64,000 bases of DNA from positions 11,594,001 through 11,658,000 of the forward strand of contig JBHGNT010000002.1 of the NCBI GenBank assembly GCA_043228905.1. The letters run 5' to 3'. Below, one piece after another: positions 10,733-22,800 of the stretch (positions are counted from its first letter, which is position 1; each line of letters starts with the position of its first letter). This stretch comes from Azolla caroliniana (lineage: Eukaryota; Plantae; Polypodiophyta). The translations under genes were made by a program, and so were the position numbers. The notes under the pieces were generated by a model. It made no database searches. It was not told the origin of the DNA and worked only from the letters and a program-made list of their open reading frames with translations.

Positions 10733-13700
10733 ACCACTTCCAAATCGGAGGAAGTGTGGTATGTTGATTCTGGTGTGTTGAACCACATGACGAGCCACAA
10801 AGAGTGGTTCTCCTTTTTGGAGAAACCGGACCAACCAGGAGTAGTCAAAACCGGAGACGACACTCCTCACCCAATCGTGCACGTCGGTGAAGTCCCTTTG
10901 AGCCACGTCGGACAGAAGGGGAAGCTAATGAACGTATTACACGTTCCGACAATCACGAAGAACCTGGTGTCGGTTGGACAGATCGTCGACCAAGGGATGC
11001 AGGTGCGGTTCACGCACCTTGGGTGCTTCATCGAGGAAGAGGGCCAGATTATTGCGCAAGGGCATAGAGACGGGAGGATGTATATTCTCAACACCAATGA
11101 CGTTGGCACCTCTCTGTTTGCAAAAGGATAGAAGGTCGAATCGGACATCGACCTGTGGCACAAGCGGATAGGCCACGTCAATTACCGGAGGCTTCAAGAC
11201 CTGCAAACAAAACAAGTTGTTTTTGGTTTGCCGAAGTTCAGCGGCCGGAAGGCCCAAGTATGTGAAGCCTGCCAACTCGGGAAGCAACACCGGCTTCCAT
11301 TCCCTACCGAACGTAACCGGAGCCGTAACAAGCTCGACCTAATCCATTCAGATGTGTGGGAATCGACACAGAATGTTAGTCTTGGTGGGAGTCGATATTT
11401 CGTCTCCTTCATCGACGACTATACGCGACACCCATGGATCTACCTCATTGAGCGGAAAAGTGAAGTCTTTGAGTGTTTCCGGAGTCTCCAAAGCATGGTG
11501 GAACGGGAATCGAAGAGGAAGATCAATTGCCTGCGGTCGGATGGCGGGAAAGAATACTTTTCCGGCCAATTCAACAGTTATCTGCAACAAACAGGAATTT
11601 AGCGAGAGTTCAGTTGCAGATACACACCACAACAGAATGGTGTAGCCGAGAGGAAGAACCGGTCGCTCATTGATGCGGCAAGGGCAATGCTAGAGGAGAA
11701 GAGCATGCCCAAATTCTACTGGGTGGAGGCAGTCCAAACGACAGTCTACATCCAGAACCGGATCGGTGACAAGGTGTCAGCTCACGAGCTGTATTTCGGG
11801 TGCAAGTCGAATTTGAAACACCTTAAGATCTTCGGTAGCATTGCATATGTGCATGTACCAGATGAGAAGCGGAGGAAACTAGATGCAAAATCGGAAAAAT
11901 GCATCCTAGTCGGCTATGCTCAAGAGCAAAAGGGTTATTTATAAGTGTTATAACCCCTGGACAAAGCAGGTCCGAGTTAGTCGAGATGTCGAGTTCGATG
12001 AATCGGCATCGTGGTACTCCTTACCGACTCCGACCTCTGAATCTGACCTGATGCCGGAGGATGAGGCTAATGAGCCTGAATTGGCCTAGGTAGAGGATGA
12101 TGAAGTGGGGACTTAGGATGAGAGTCCGGAATCGTTTCGGTTGAGTGGGCCGAACGAGAGATTGAGTCAATCTGACCAGTCCGATCAGGAACCGGTGAGT
12201 AGTGGAGACTTTGCCGTGCACTCCCCACGCAAGGAACCTAGGAGACGGTTCACGCGCAAAGAGAAGGGGAAGAAGAAGATGCCGGAATTCGAAACCGGCA
12301 ACGATGAGTCGGATCGGTGTGCATCCAACTCCAGCAAGGAGAAAGGCGGATCTTCGGCAACAAAGACCGAACCAGCCAAGAAGGGCCTCAAACCGGGTAA
12401 CAGTGAGTTACGTCGGTCCACCCGCCAGAAGGATCTCGTCAAGCGGTACGGGTACAATGAGTACATGGCGCATCACTATGCGTACATGACTAAGGTGGCG
12501 GAGGTGCGTGAGCCGGAGAGCTACGTAGAAGCGGCCAAGGACGCAAATTGGCGTGTCGCTATGGAGGAAGAAATGTGGGCACTTGATGTCAATGCGACAT
12601 GGGAACTGGTTGACCCTCCTCGTCACTGTAAACCGATCGGATGCAAGTGGATATACAAGGTAAAGTACAACGCCGACGGTTCTGTTAACCGGCATAAAGC
12701 CCAGTTAGTGGCGAAGGGATACGCGTAGACCCACAAAATCGACTACGATGAGACCTTCGCTCCTGTAACGAAGATGACAATGGTTCGAGTGCTGTTGGCG
12801 GTTGCTGCGGCAAGGGGGTGGCATCTTCATCAGATGGATGTGAAGAATGCATTTCTTCAAGGTGATCTTGAAGAATAAGTCTTTATGACTCAGCCTCTCA
12901 GTTTTCAATCGGAGATGAACAAGTCGGCAGTATGCCGGCTGAAGAAGTCATTGTACGGCCTGAAGCAAGCCCCTCGAGCTTGGAATGCGAAGATCACGCA
13001 CCGGTTGCGTAAGATGGGGTTTGTGGCCTCCAAATCGGACTTTTCATTGTTCATTCGACAAGGCTCAGTTGGTCCGGTATGTATACTGTTGTATGTTGAT
13101 GATCTAGTCATCACCGGTCCGGGTGTTCCAGAAATCAACCGCGTCAAGTCCCAGTTGTCGGACGCATTTGAGATGAAGGATCTGGGGGACCTTCATTATT
13201 TTCTCAGGATCGAGGTGATCCGAACCCCGGACGACATATTGCTCTCACAACGACATTACGTCTTGAATATGCTATACAAGTTCGGCATGACAGAATGCTG
13301 ACCTATATCCACACCCTTAGACCGGAACCAGAAGCTTTGTCCCAAGTCCGGACCGGCCTGCAACGAGCAACGGTTTCGACAAATTGTTGGAAGCCTTATT
13401 TACTTGACTATCACGCGACTCGACATCAACTATCCGGTCGGAATGATAAGTCAGTTCATGCAGAAGCTGACCGTGGAGCACCTTAAGTGCGCGCAATGGA
13501 TACTATGATATGTAAGCGGCACGAAGGACCGGGGACTGTTATACTGGCGAGGTATAACCGAAGAGCTCGTCGGTTACACGGATGCCGACTGGGCCGGCGA
13601 TGCATCAGATCGCCGATCAACCTCCGGTTATATGTTTTCCCTAGGGAGCGTAGTTGTTGCGTGGAGCAGCAAAAAGCAGCCAACAGTGGCTCTATCAAGC

Positions 13701-14028
13701 ACTGAGGCTGAGTACTAGGGCGCTACCATTGCCACCTGCGAAGCCATTTGGCTTCGACGACTACTGCGAGACTTGCGGATCGAGGTACCAACCCCGATCC
13801 CGATTTATTGTGATAACATCAACAGTATGCAGCTCGCCAAGAACCTTGTGTTCCATGCTCGCATGAAGCACATAGAAGTGCATTATCACTTTGTGCGTGA
13901 GCGGGTCTTGAGCGGTGAAATTGAACTACGGTATGTTCACACGGATCAGCAGGTTGCCGACATCTTCACCAAGCCGCTCGGATCAGACAAGTTGCAACAC
14001 TTCACCGAAATGCTTGGTGTTCATCATC

Positions 14029-14492
14029 TCGACATGCCACACTTGAGGGGGAGAACGGGCAAAGGCAAAGAGACTGCCGATTGCGCCGGTGAGGGAAGAA
14101 CAAAAGGTGGTAGAGTCAACAAGGACAGAGCCGACAGAGCCGACCGAAGGAAGAAGGCCAAGACCCGGACATGGTCCGATGTGGTGAAGGGCTTGGAATC
14201 AGAAGACGAATCGGGAGCAATCGATTCAGACAAGAGCTAGAACGAATCGGAGACAGTCGATCGACGTGCCACACTTGAGGAGGAGAACGGGCAAAGGCAA
14301 AGAGACTGCCGATTGTGCCGGTGAGGGAAGAACAGAAGGTGGTAGAGTCAACAAGGACAGAGCCGACAGAGCCGACCGAAGGAAGAAGGCCAAGACCCGG
14401 ACATGGTCCGATGTGGTGAAGGGCTTGGAATCAGAAGAGGAATCGGGAGCAATCGATTCAGACAAGAGCTAGAACGAATCGGAGACAGTCGA
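14029..14492 (+). repeat. 232-bp tandem duplication at the 3' end of copia pol
   Basis: Units 14029-14260 and 14261-14492 are near identical, with TCGA at the junction. Confidence 0.9.
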
Positions 14493-14515
14493 TTCGGTTC
14501 AACAGACAGATGACA

Positions 14516-15138
14516 AGGAAGATCCGACTGTTCAGAAAGCCGACAGTCGAAGAGTCGAAAACAGTGAGTCAATTGTTTGAAGATTCGACTATTATTATTA
14601 TAGTAATAATAATAATGATGATGTGTGGAAACAAGTCCCTTCAGATGGGAAAGAGAGAGGAGCCAAGTTGATGAGTGACGGCCTTGGCTGAAACCAGAAT
14701 CGTGTAAATAGCCAACTCGGGTGACTATACTTGTAAATAGTCTAAGTGTGCGCCCCATGAGGGCTATGTATGTAAATAGCCAGAATGTTGTGTAAGTATA
14801 TATATACAACTAGGGAAAACTTTGTGTATGCGTAGAATAGTAGAACACAAGAGAGCGTGAGAGAGAGAGAGGAGAGCCGCACCATAGTTGTTTGTGTAAC
14901 AATAGACGCGAAGAGCCCTGTGCGGCTGATACACTCGTGAGTGTTGTAATCATCTCTGTATTGTATATCCACTATATTATAGTGAAGAATCTGTTCACCC
15001 GTGGTTTTTCCCTGTTTTAGGGTTTCCACGTAAATCTCTGTGTACATCTGTTTATCTTGTCTTTCTGGCATTTCTTGTGATTTGTATTTCAGCGCGTAGT
15101 TCGTTTATTGTGATCAATTTTGCATCGATTTCTCAACA
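14516..15138 (+). mobile_element. 5'-truncated LTR of copia family B
   Basis: Similar to LTR 58170-58678 (CGACAGTCGAAGAGTC, TAA repeats, CCCGTGGTTTT...TTTCCAC, ending TTCTCAACA). The left boundary is approximate. Confidence 0.75.
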
Positions 15139-16445
15139 CCTTTGCTAGATACTTTTGAGCTCTTGTCGGAGCTGCAACTTCCATGCCGTGGTACTTGCGG
15201 TGAAAATCTTCTAGAGATTTTCCCAGGCCTCCTTCGGCGACTTTGCGTCTCTGATGTAGCCGAGCATCTGATCGTGCACACAAGACATGAGGCAGTACAA
15301 TACTCTGTTCGCTCCTTGCTCCCACACCAGGAAGTCCTTGTGTGCCGGCTCCGATGCTAGTTCGTTTGCTCCTTCCACATAGTTCCAATATTCGTGCCCC
15401 AGTAGGTACTGGTGCATTTTATATGACTAGGACGCACAATTGCTCTAGTCGAGCTTTTCTGTGGGAAACGAGCTCGCCATGCTTTTGTCATATCTTTCTT
15501 CTTTCTTCTGGTCTTTATCGGGTTTGTCTGTTTCGAGCAGTTGTCGGCAGCAGAGGTTCTCAACCCTCGCGCTTTGATACCATGTAAAGAATAGTGTGCG
15601 AAATCTTGTAGACAAACCGGCTTAGCCGGATAACAACAGTAAAAACAGAAAATGAAGGTTTAATGGAAGCTTGATAATACACAGTACGTGGGAGAGACAA
15701 AGAGAGCAAAACAATAAAACTCAATTCAAAATCACAACACTTTGTGTACATACAATGTGCTTAGTGAGCACTTTTATACAAGTCCTTAAAAGGACTGACA
15801 GAAGTACTGACAAGTACTTCAATGCTCATACAAGCGATTGACAGGACTCCCAAAAATATGCCTACGTACTAGGCTAGATTCGTAGGCCTCTAACAACCAA
15901 CCGGTTCATACCGATTGTTACCGGCCGGGAAAGGAGTCCAGAGTGTGAAACGGGGAGTTATGTAATTATTAGGAATGGTTGTAAGTAAGCTATGAGTGTG
16001 GACGGACGGACCGGAATCGGTATGCCGTTCTGGATCCGGACCGATCCCGAATAGGTGTGGATAGCACCGTTTTGTACTACAGACCGGAAACCTATTTAAA
16101 GGCCCGGATACAATGTAATGAGGAGCGGTTAATTAATAAAGCTTAGTGTTTTTTTTATCTTTGTGTTAATTGCCATTCTGCATTCATTGTTATATCTTAC
16201 GCGTGTGAATATTAAGGATGATCATGCTAAGTAACCTAATTAAGTCAGATTAATTGTTGATTCTAATCCTCCTGCCGTAACACCCCTTTGGTGAAGTGTC
16301 TTCCATAGACACCCTGTGTTAGGCCATTGTCCAGCCCTAAGAGTTAACACCGATCCAGCTACCTATCCGATTCTCCGTTCTGGATACCGATCTGGCTCTA
16401 GCTTATTCAGTCGATCCGGATTTGGTTGAGCTTGTCCGCTCAACA
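15139..16445 (-). mobile_element. Copia family A 5' end (LTR 15583-16445, PBS, gag fragment)
   Basis: Minus-strand TGTTGAGCGGACAAGCTCAAC start, PBS TGGTATCAAAGC at 15582-15571 and gag 'MHQYLLGHEYWNYVEG'. The LTR is split by a solo LTR. Confidence 0.85.
15916..16349 (+). mobile_element. Solo LTR related to the LTR at 28275-28726
   Basis: TGTTA...TTAACA with TSD CCGAT (15911-15915, 16350-16354). Shares the CCCTTTGGTGAAGTGT...TGTGTTAG...GTCCAG 3' motif with 28275-28726. Confidence 0.88.
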
Positions 16446-16890
16446 TGAGCTTACCACATCTACATGTCATCGAGTCCTAGCCTCTACCCTCCTAGATTCT
16501 GGAGCCAACTCTTGTTTCATGGATCGTGAGTTTGCATTGTCACAAAACATCCTCTTGAATAATCTCCCGAACCCAGTAACCGTACGGGTTATTGATGGCT
16601 GTCCCATAACATCAGGTGATATAGTCAAGGAGTTCGAGCCAATTCGTATAGTTCTTGGCGATTTGGCAAGCATAATCTTTTCCAACATTAATTGTAGTCC
16701 AGAACACCCAGTAGTTCTAGGTCTCGCTTGGTTTGAACTCCATAACCCAAAGATTGATTGGATGAAAAGAACAATTAAGGAGACCCAAGAAAAATGAACA
16801 AAGCTTGCCTCCCTCAAATCTCTAACATCAAATACTGGATCCCATAAGTTATCAACCATCTCTCTACGTCGATTACGTGAGGCAGGGGGG

Positions 16891-19800
16891 TGTTGTCCGC
16901 CGGAATAGTAACCGACGGACAAGAGCGTAGGAATAAGAAATAATATAAGATCATAACGCATGTAACGGTTCACGCAGGAAGCGTGAACGGCTAAATTAAC
17001 CCTGCGTATATAAAGGGCAGAAAACCTCTGTTAGAGGGAGCATGTATATTTTGGATTGTAAAGTAGCGTATCGTAATAGAATCCTATCTTCTCTGAAATT
17101 TTGTGTATAGCTACGACTCATCTACTGTGTGTCTGGAATACCCGAGCATGTAAGAACGTAAGTGTAACCATTGCTAAGGAGTCGGTTGTAGCCGTCTCCC
17201 TTATACGCTGATAGGTTACGGGGATCATTCCCCTACGCATTATGCATAGACGCCCCATTCGTTGTTCCACAACCATTCTGAGGTCTAGGTCGAAGGACTG
17301 ACTGCAGACCGTGTTCCTAATTGGTAACACTTTTGGCACGCCCGGTGATCTGTGTCTTCTCACAGAAGAGCAACGATGAATGGATGTTTAGCCGCAGACG
17401 CCCTAGAGAACCAACACGACAAGACCGACCAATCACAAGGTCCGTCACACGCCAGGCAGAGGAACGTGCATGGCAAAAGCCTCGCCTCAGCGACCTTAGT
17501 ACTACCTACCGGGATTACAAAGAGGATTCTGTGCACTCCAAATACCTCGATGATACACGGGGATTACGCTCACCACAGCCACCCTGTGGTCTTTCCCGAC
17601 CCGCCGTATCCCCCAACATGGCCTTTGCATATCCCCGCTTTAACGGCGAAATCGACGCCGCAACCCATATTCGCATGTTCCTTTATGTCTAGAATGCGAA
17701 CCACATGGCGTAGAGCCTTTCGGAGGCGGCAACGCACCAGTCGAAAATGACGGAGTTTGGGTTAACATTGGATGGCCGACAGAGACGATAGCAGACTTCA
17801 GCTTACGTTTCCAAAATTTACGGCGGAAACTAGAACAGAGCCCCGCGGAGGATGAGGCTCGAGAGACATTTCTGGCAGCATTACGCCGACCCATATGGGC
17901 AACGCTCAACAACAATAGCGTGAAAGGGGAAACAACGGATATGGTCATTGAACGAGCATTACAGCTCGAGTTGGATGAGGAGGAGGAAAGGTTTTCTATG
18001 TCCTCCTTATGACAAGTGTTACCCCAGGACGAGGAATGCCAGTTTCGTCAAGCCATCCAGTGCACGATTTGCTTGAACTCGGGGCATTCCGTAGTGGAGT
18101 GCAACATGCGAATCCACTGCCCAGTCTGCCACTCGAAGGCTCACACAGTCGACCAATGCGAATACAATATGTTGAACAGAGCTGCTCCCACAGTCCGCAG
18201 CATGGACACACAACGTCCCCCACGCCGTACGGAACAAAGGAGGCAAGAAGACCGACCACAGTATGTGGATCGCAACCCACCTGACGACCGGCATCACCGG
18301 AATCGCCGAAATCATAACGATTCCGAGGAAGACGAACCAGAGGATGAGGATTATCAGGGACATCCGAGTTATGCGAAAGGGGGCCGACGCTATGAGAATC
18401 ATCGACCGACAAACAAACGTGGCGGCTTCAATGGTTATCGTGGGAAGCCACGGCAATATAGAGAACACCGGCGTTACGATGAAAGCTCGGGAGATGAGCG
18501 ACACCAAGAACCACGACGGGACCAACAACAACCACCGCGTGCGTTCCGACAAACAAGGCCGGACTGGGAGGAGCAAGTCGCACCAGGAGATCGGCACACA
18601 CCACCAGGAGCCGAGAAGGGCGAATCAAGCATACATTGTTTTATTTGTTAGCAACCCGGGCATTATGCCACGCAATGCCCAACACGCAAGGGCAAGGGAC
18701 CCGCCGTCAATACGATTACAACTGATTGGGTTGCGCAAGATGAGTTACGACGACAAGCCCAGGCATGGGTGGAAAAAGCAAACGCGACCAATACCGAGCG
18801 CATGCGGAAGGAGTCCGCGAATACGAGGGAGCGAGCGGAGGACGAAGGACCGGTCCCGAATCCCATTTGGCAGGCGTTAGCGGGCTGCGAAATAACGTTA
18901 ACCATGGAGAAGTTGCTACAACTAGTCCCACGCTTCCACCAGACCATGGAAGAATGGGTGACGGGCATACCCGGGGTGAGCGTCGCTATAAACCTTACAG
19001 ACGTTAGCGACGGACCGCCTGTAGTGGATCACCACAACTCGGCTATTACATTAATATTGCACGGACAGGAAATTCCTGGATGCGTAATCGATGGCGGCTC
19101 AAGCGTCAATGTAATTAGCGCAAAAACTTGCGAGCAGTTAGGCATTTCAGAATGGGAGGCTTGCCCATTCTGGCTCCGAATGGCAAATACCCGCTTAGTA
19201 CGACCATTGGGGTTAATTCGCAAGATAGGCATTATCGTGGGCGGACATCGCTTCGACATCTCGGCGGTCGTCCTTGAATTAGACGCCCCAGGGGCGTACC
19301 TAGTGCTTTTGGGCAAACCATGGCTTCGGGCAGCAAATATCAAGAAGAGCTGGCAACACAACTGTATCAATTTCCGACACGGACGCACTAAGGTTCGCGT
19401 ACCTACGGAAGGAAGCATGCCACAACCCAAGGGTATAACACCATTATACGCAGAAGATATAAATATGTTGGCTAGGGTGGAGGATGCAGAATTAGAGGCA
19501 TACCTAGATGAGTACCCTTGGATCATTCTGCTGTTCGAAATCGACGTCATCGCAACCGCGGCAGAATATGCCACGACCACTATTCTCCACGACGAGGCTT
19601 ACGAACCAAACCCAGAGTCCATATCGGAACTCAGCAGAGCATGAGCGGCATTCGAAAGGGAAATGGAAATTTCACGACGAGTCACCGCCTCCACCTTGGA
19701 AGAAGTAAATGTGGGTACGGAGTCGGAACCCCGGTTCCTCTCAATCGCAAAGGAATTAAGGCCGGACCAGAGAAAAACGATGATCGCGCTACTCAAGAAA

Positions 19801-22800
19801 TATAAAGATGTGTTCGCTTGGGCTCACGAGGACATGAAGGGGTTAGATCCCAAGTTCTATCAACATAAGATCAATTTAGCAACCGACGCAAAACTCGTCC
19901 AGCAGCGCCGCTATCGCATGAACCCAAACTACGCGACCTGCGCAAAAGAAGAACTTGACAAACTCCTAAAGGCGGGGTTCATACGGCCAGTGAAACAAGC
20001 CACATGGTTAAGTTCGATAGTGGTCGTTCCAAAGAAAAACGGCAAAATACGGGTATGCATGGAACCGAAAATTAAACATCGTCACCATTACGGACGCATT
20101 CCCTTTACCATTCACCGATAGTGTGCTGGACGCCGTCGCAGGACATGAGATGTACAGATTTTTAGATGGCTTCAGTGGGTATAACCAGGTACGCATGCAC
20201 CCCGAGGACCAAGAAAAGACGACATTTGTCACGGACTGGGGAGTCTATATGGTAGTCGTCATGATGTTCGGGCTAAAGACGGCGCCAACAACATTTCAAC
20301 GGACAATTACGAAGATCTTTGGGGAATACATTCCGGCATTCATGTAGGTTTTTTTAGACGACATTGCGGTATATGGGAAAACAATAGACCATTTTACGCA
20401 CCTGCAACTGTGCTTGGAACGTTGCCGCACCGCACGCTTAAGCTTGAATCCCGCGAAATGTGCTTTCGACGTGACCAACGGGACCCTCTTGGGACATATA
20501 GTTAGCAAGGAGGGAATAACGGTTGATCCGAACAAGATCTCCGCGATTACGCAAGCCAAAACTCTGACAAACGCGAAATCACTTGGCTGGTTTTTAGGAC
20601 AAGTACGGTGGCATAGTCGGATGATATGATATTTGGCGGACTTCGCTACGCCGTTGCATGCTGCCGTGCATCGGACTCCCTTCCAATGGACTGCAACGGA
20701 GGACAAGGCCTATGAAGCACTTAAGATAATGCTCACACAGGCCCCCGTCGTACAACCACCAGTTTGGGCGAAGCCATTCCACGTGTTCGTCGACGCCTCA
20801 GACATAGCAATAGGAAGTGCGCTAATGTAGCTCACCGAACCAAACTGGTACTGGCCAGTGTACTATGCGAGTCACAAATTATCAACAACAGAGTGTAACT
20901 ATTCCACAACGGAGCGAGAGGTGCTAGGGATGATCTATAGTATCAATAAATTCCGGCATTATTCACTAGGGAGGAAATTCACGTTCCACGTGGATCATTC
21001 GGCACTGCTATATTGAATGGAGAAACAAGCCCTGACGGGGAAATTAGCGTGATGGATGCTGCTGCTTCAAGAATTCGATTTTGTAATCCAACACCGACCA
21101 GGGACGCAACACGTAGTGGTAGATTTTTTGCGTAGACTCGAGAATGGAGAAACAGTATAGAGAGATGACGACGATTTTCCGGACCTCGACATCTTGCGGG
21201 TAACAGCACTAGCAGACAGAACATAATCGACATTTCTAAACCGATGGCTTATGGAAATGACATACTTTCTGACTATAGGACTGCCTCCACCACAATTACG
21301 CACGGACGAGAAGAAACGACTAGCTGTCCGAAGCCGTAACTTCTGCCTCGTAGAAGGAGTTTTATATCACAAAGGAAGTGACGACATTTGGCGATGTGGG
21401 GTACGTCAGGATGAGAAAGAAGCAGTTTTAAGGGAAGCGCACTGCGGCACGCTAGGCGGCCATTACGCGGGCGATGTGACAGCCCGGAAAATATGGCAAG
21501 CGGGCTTATGGTGGCCGGCAACGCAGATGGACGCATCCGAGTATTGTAGAAAGTGTGATTTGTGTCAACGGATGGGCCAACCCACGGAGAGCGCAAGGAT
21601 GCCGCACCAGCCCGTATTACTGCTAGACCCCTTCCAAAAATGGGGATTGGATTTTGTGGGCCCCTTCACACCAGCGGCAACCCGTGTAGGTAATAAATAC
21701 TTATTGGTAGCCACGGATTATTGCACCAAGTGGGTAGAAGCAAAGGCACTACGAGAAAATACGGCGGCCGTCACAACGAGATTCCTTTACGAGCACATCT
21801 GGTGTCGGTTCGGTTGTCCGATTGAGCTCATCGGTGACCAGGGGAGTCACTTTCTCAATACGGTGGTTCGGGAACTAACACATCATTACACTGTAGTCCA
21901 TAAGAAGAGTACGCCATATTATCCACAGGCGAATGGATTAGCGGAATCCACCAATAAGACGTTGCAGACCATCTTGAAGAAAATCGTCAATGAAAATAGA
22001 ACAGACTAGGATACCAAATTATAGAGTGCGTTATGGGCGTACAGAACCGACTACAAAACAAGCATACAGTCAACATCGTTTCGACTAGCGTTTGGGCTAG
22101 AGGTTGTGATGCCGGTCGAATTCCAGGTACCCAGTTTGCGGATTCAGGTACGAGACCGACTATCGGAAGCCAAGTCGGAGGAGGTACGGCTCCACCAGTT
22201 ACTCGAACTCGGGGAAAAACGCATACATAGCATGGCGGTGTTGGAGCAGGAACAACGACGACGTAAAGCATTTGTGGATCGGCATCGGAACGCAAGGGAA
22301 AAGGAGTTCGCCGTCGGTCGAGCGGTACTGGTTTTCCAAACCCGCATGGGCCATATGCCGGGGAAGTTACGATTTCGCTGGACTGGCCTATACTGGATAA
22401 TTGGAGCGGAACAAGGCACGTTCCAACTAGGTACGCTGGCCGGGGAAGTATTATGGCAAAAGGTGAATGGGTTTCGCCTTAAACCTTACCTAGACCCTAC
22501 GCCACCTAACCCATTCACTGCCAAACAGGACAGAGCCGGAGAACCCGCGGCGTAAACGGACGGACCCACTTGTACCATTATGTAAAAATAGGCTGTATAT
22601 AATTGTTATGAAAAAAAAAAAGAAAAAGAGAGAGAGAAGATAGCGACTATTAAAAGGACTAAATGCATGCACAGACTCCTAGTTCAAGAACACACGGCAC
22701 CATGATGGCTCACCGCCCAATGAACCCTAAGCCACAAAAAGAAGGAAATAGAAGATCTTCTGCACAAAACAGAAACCCACCTCTAACTATCAATGCTCCC

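Larger units (their letters stand above)
3485..14515 (+). mobile_element. Degenerate Ty1/copia element (family A), interrupted by a gypsy insertion; own 3' LTR missing
   Basis: 5' LTR 3485-3899 (TGTTGAG...TTTACA) and PBS TGGTATCAGAGC 3900-3911 (tRNA-iMet). gag from 3994 has CWYCGKKGHRESEC. After the insertion come protease WYVDSG (10754+), integrase, RT (LYVDD) and RNase H (ADIFTK), in copia order with many stops and frameshifts. Confidence 0.9.
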
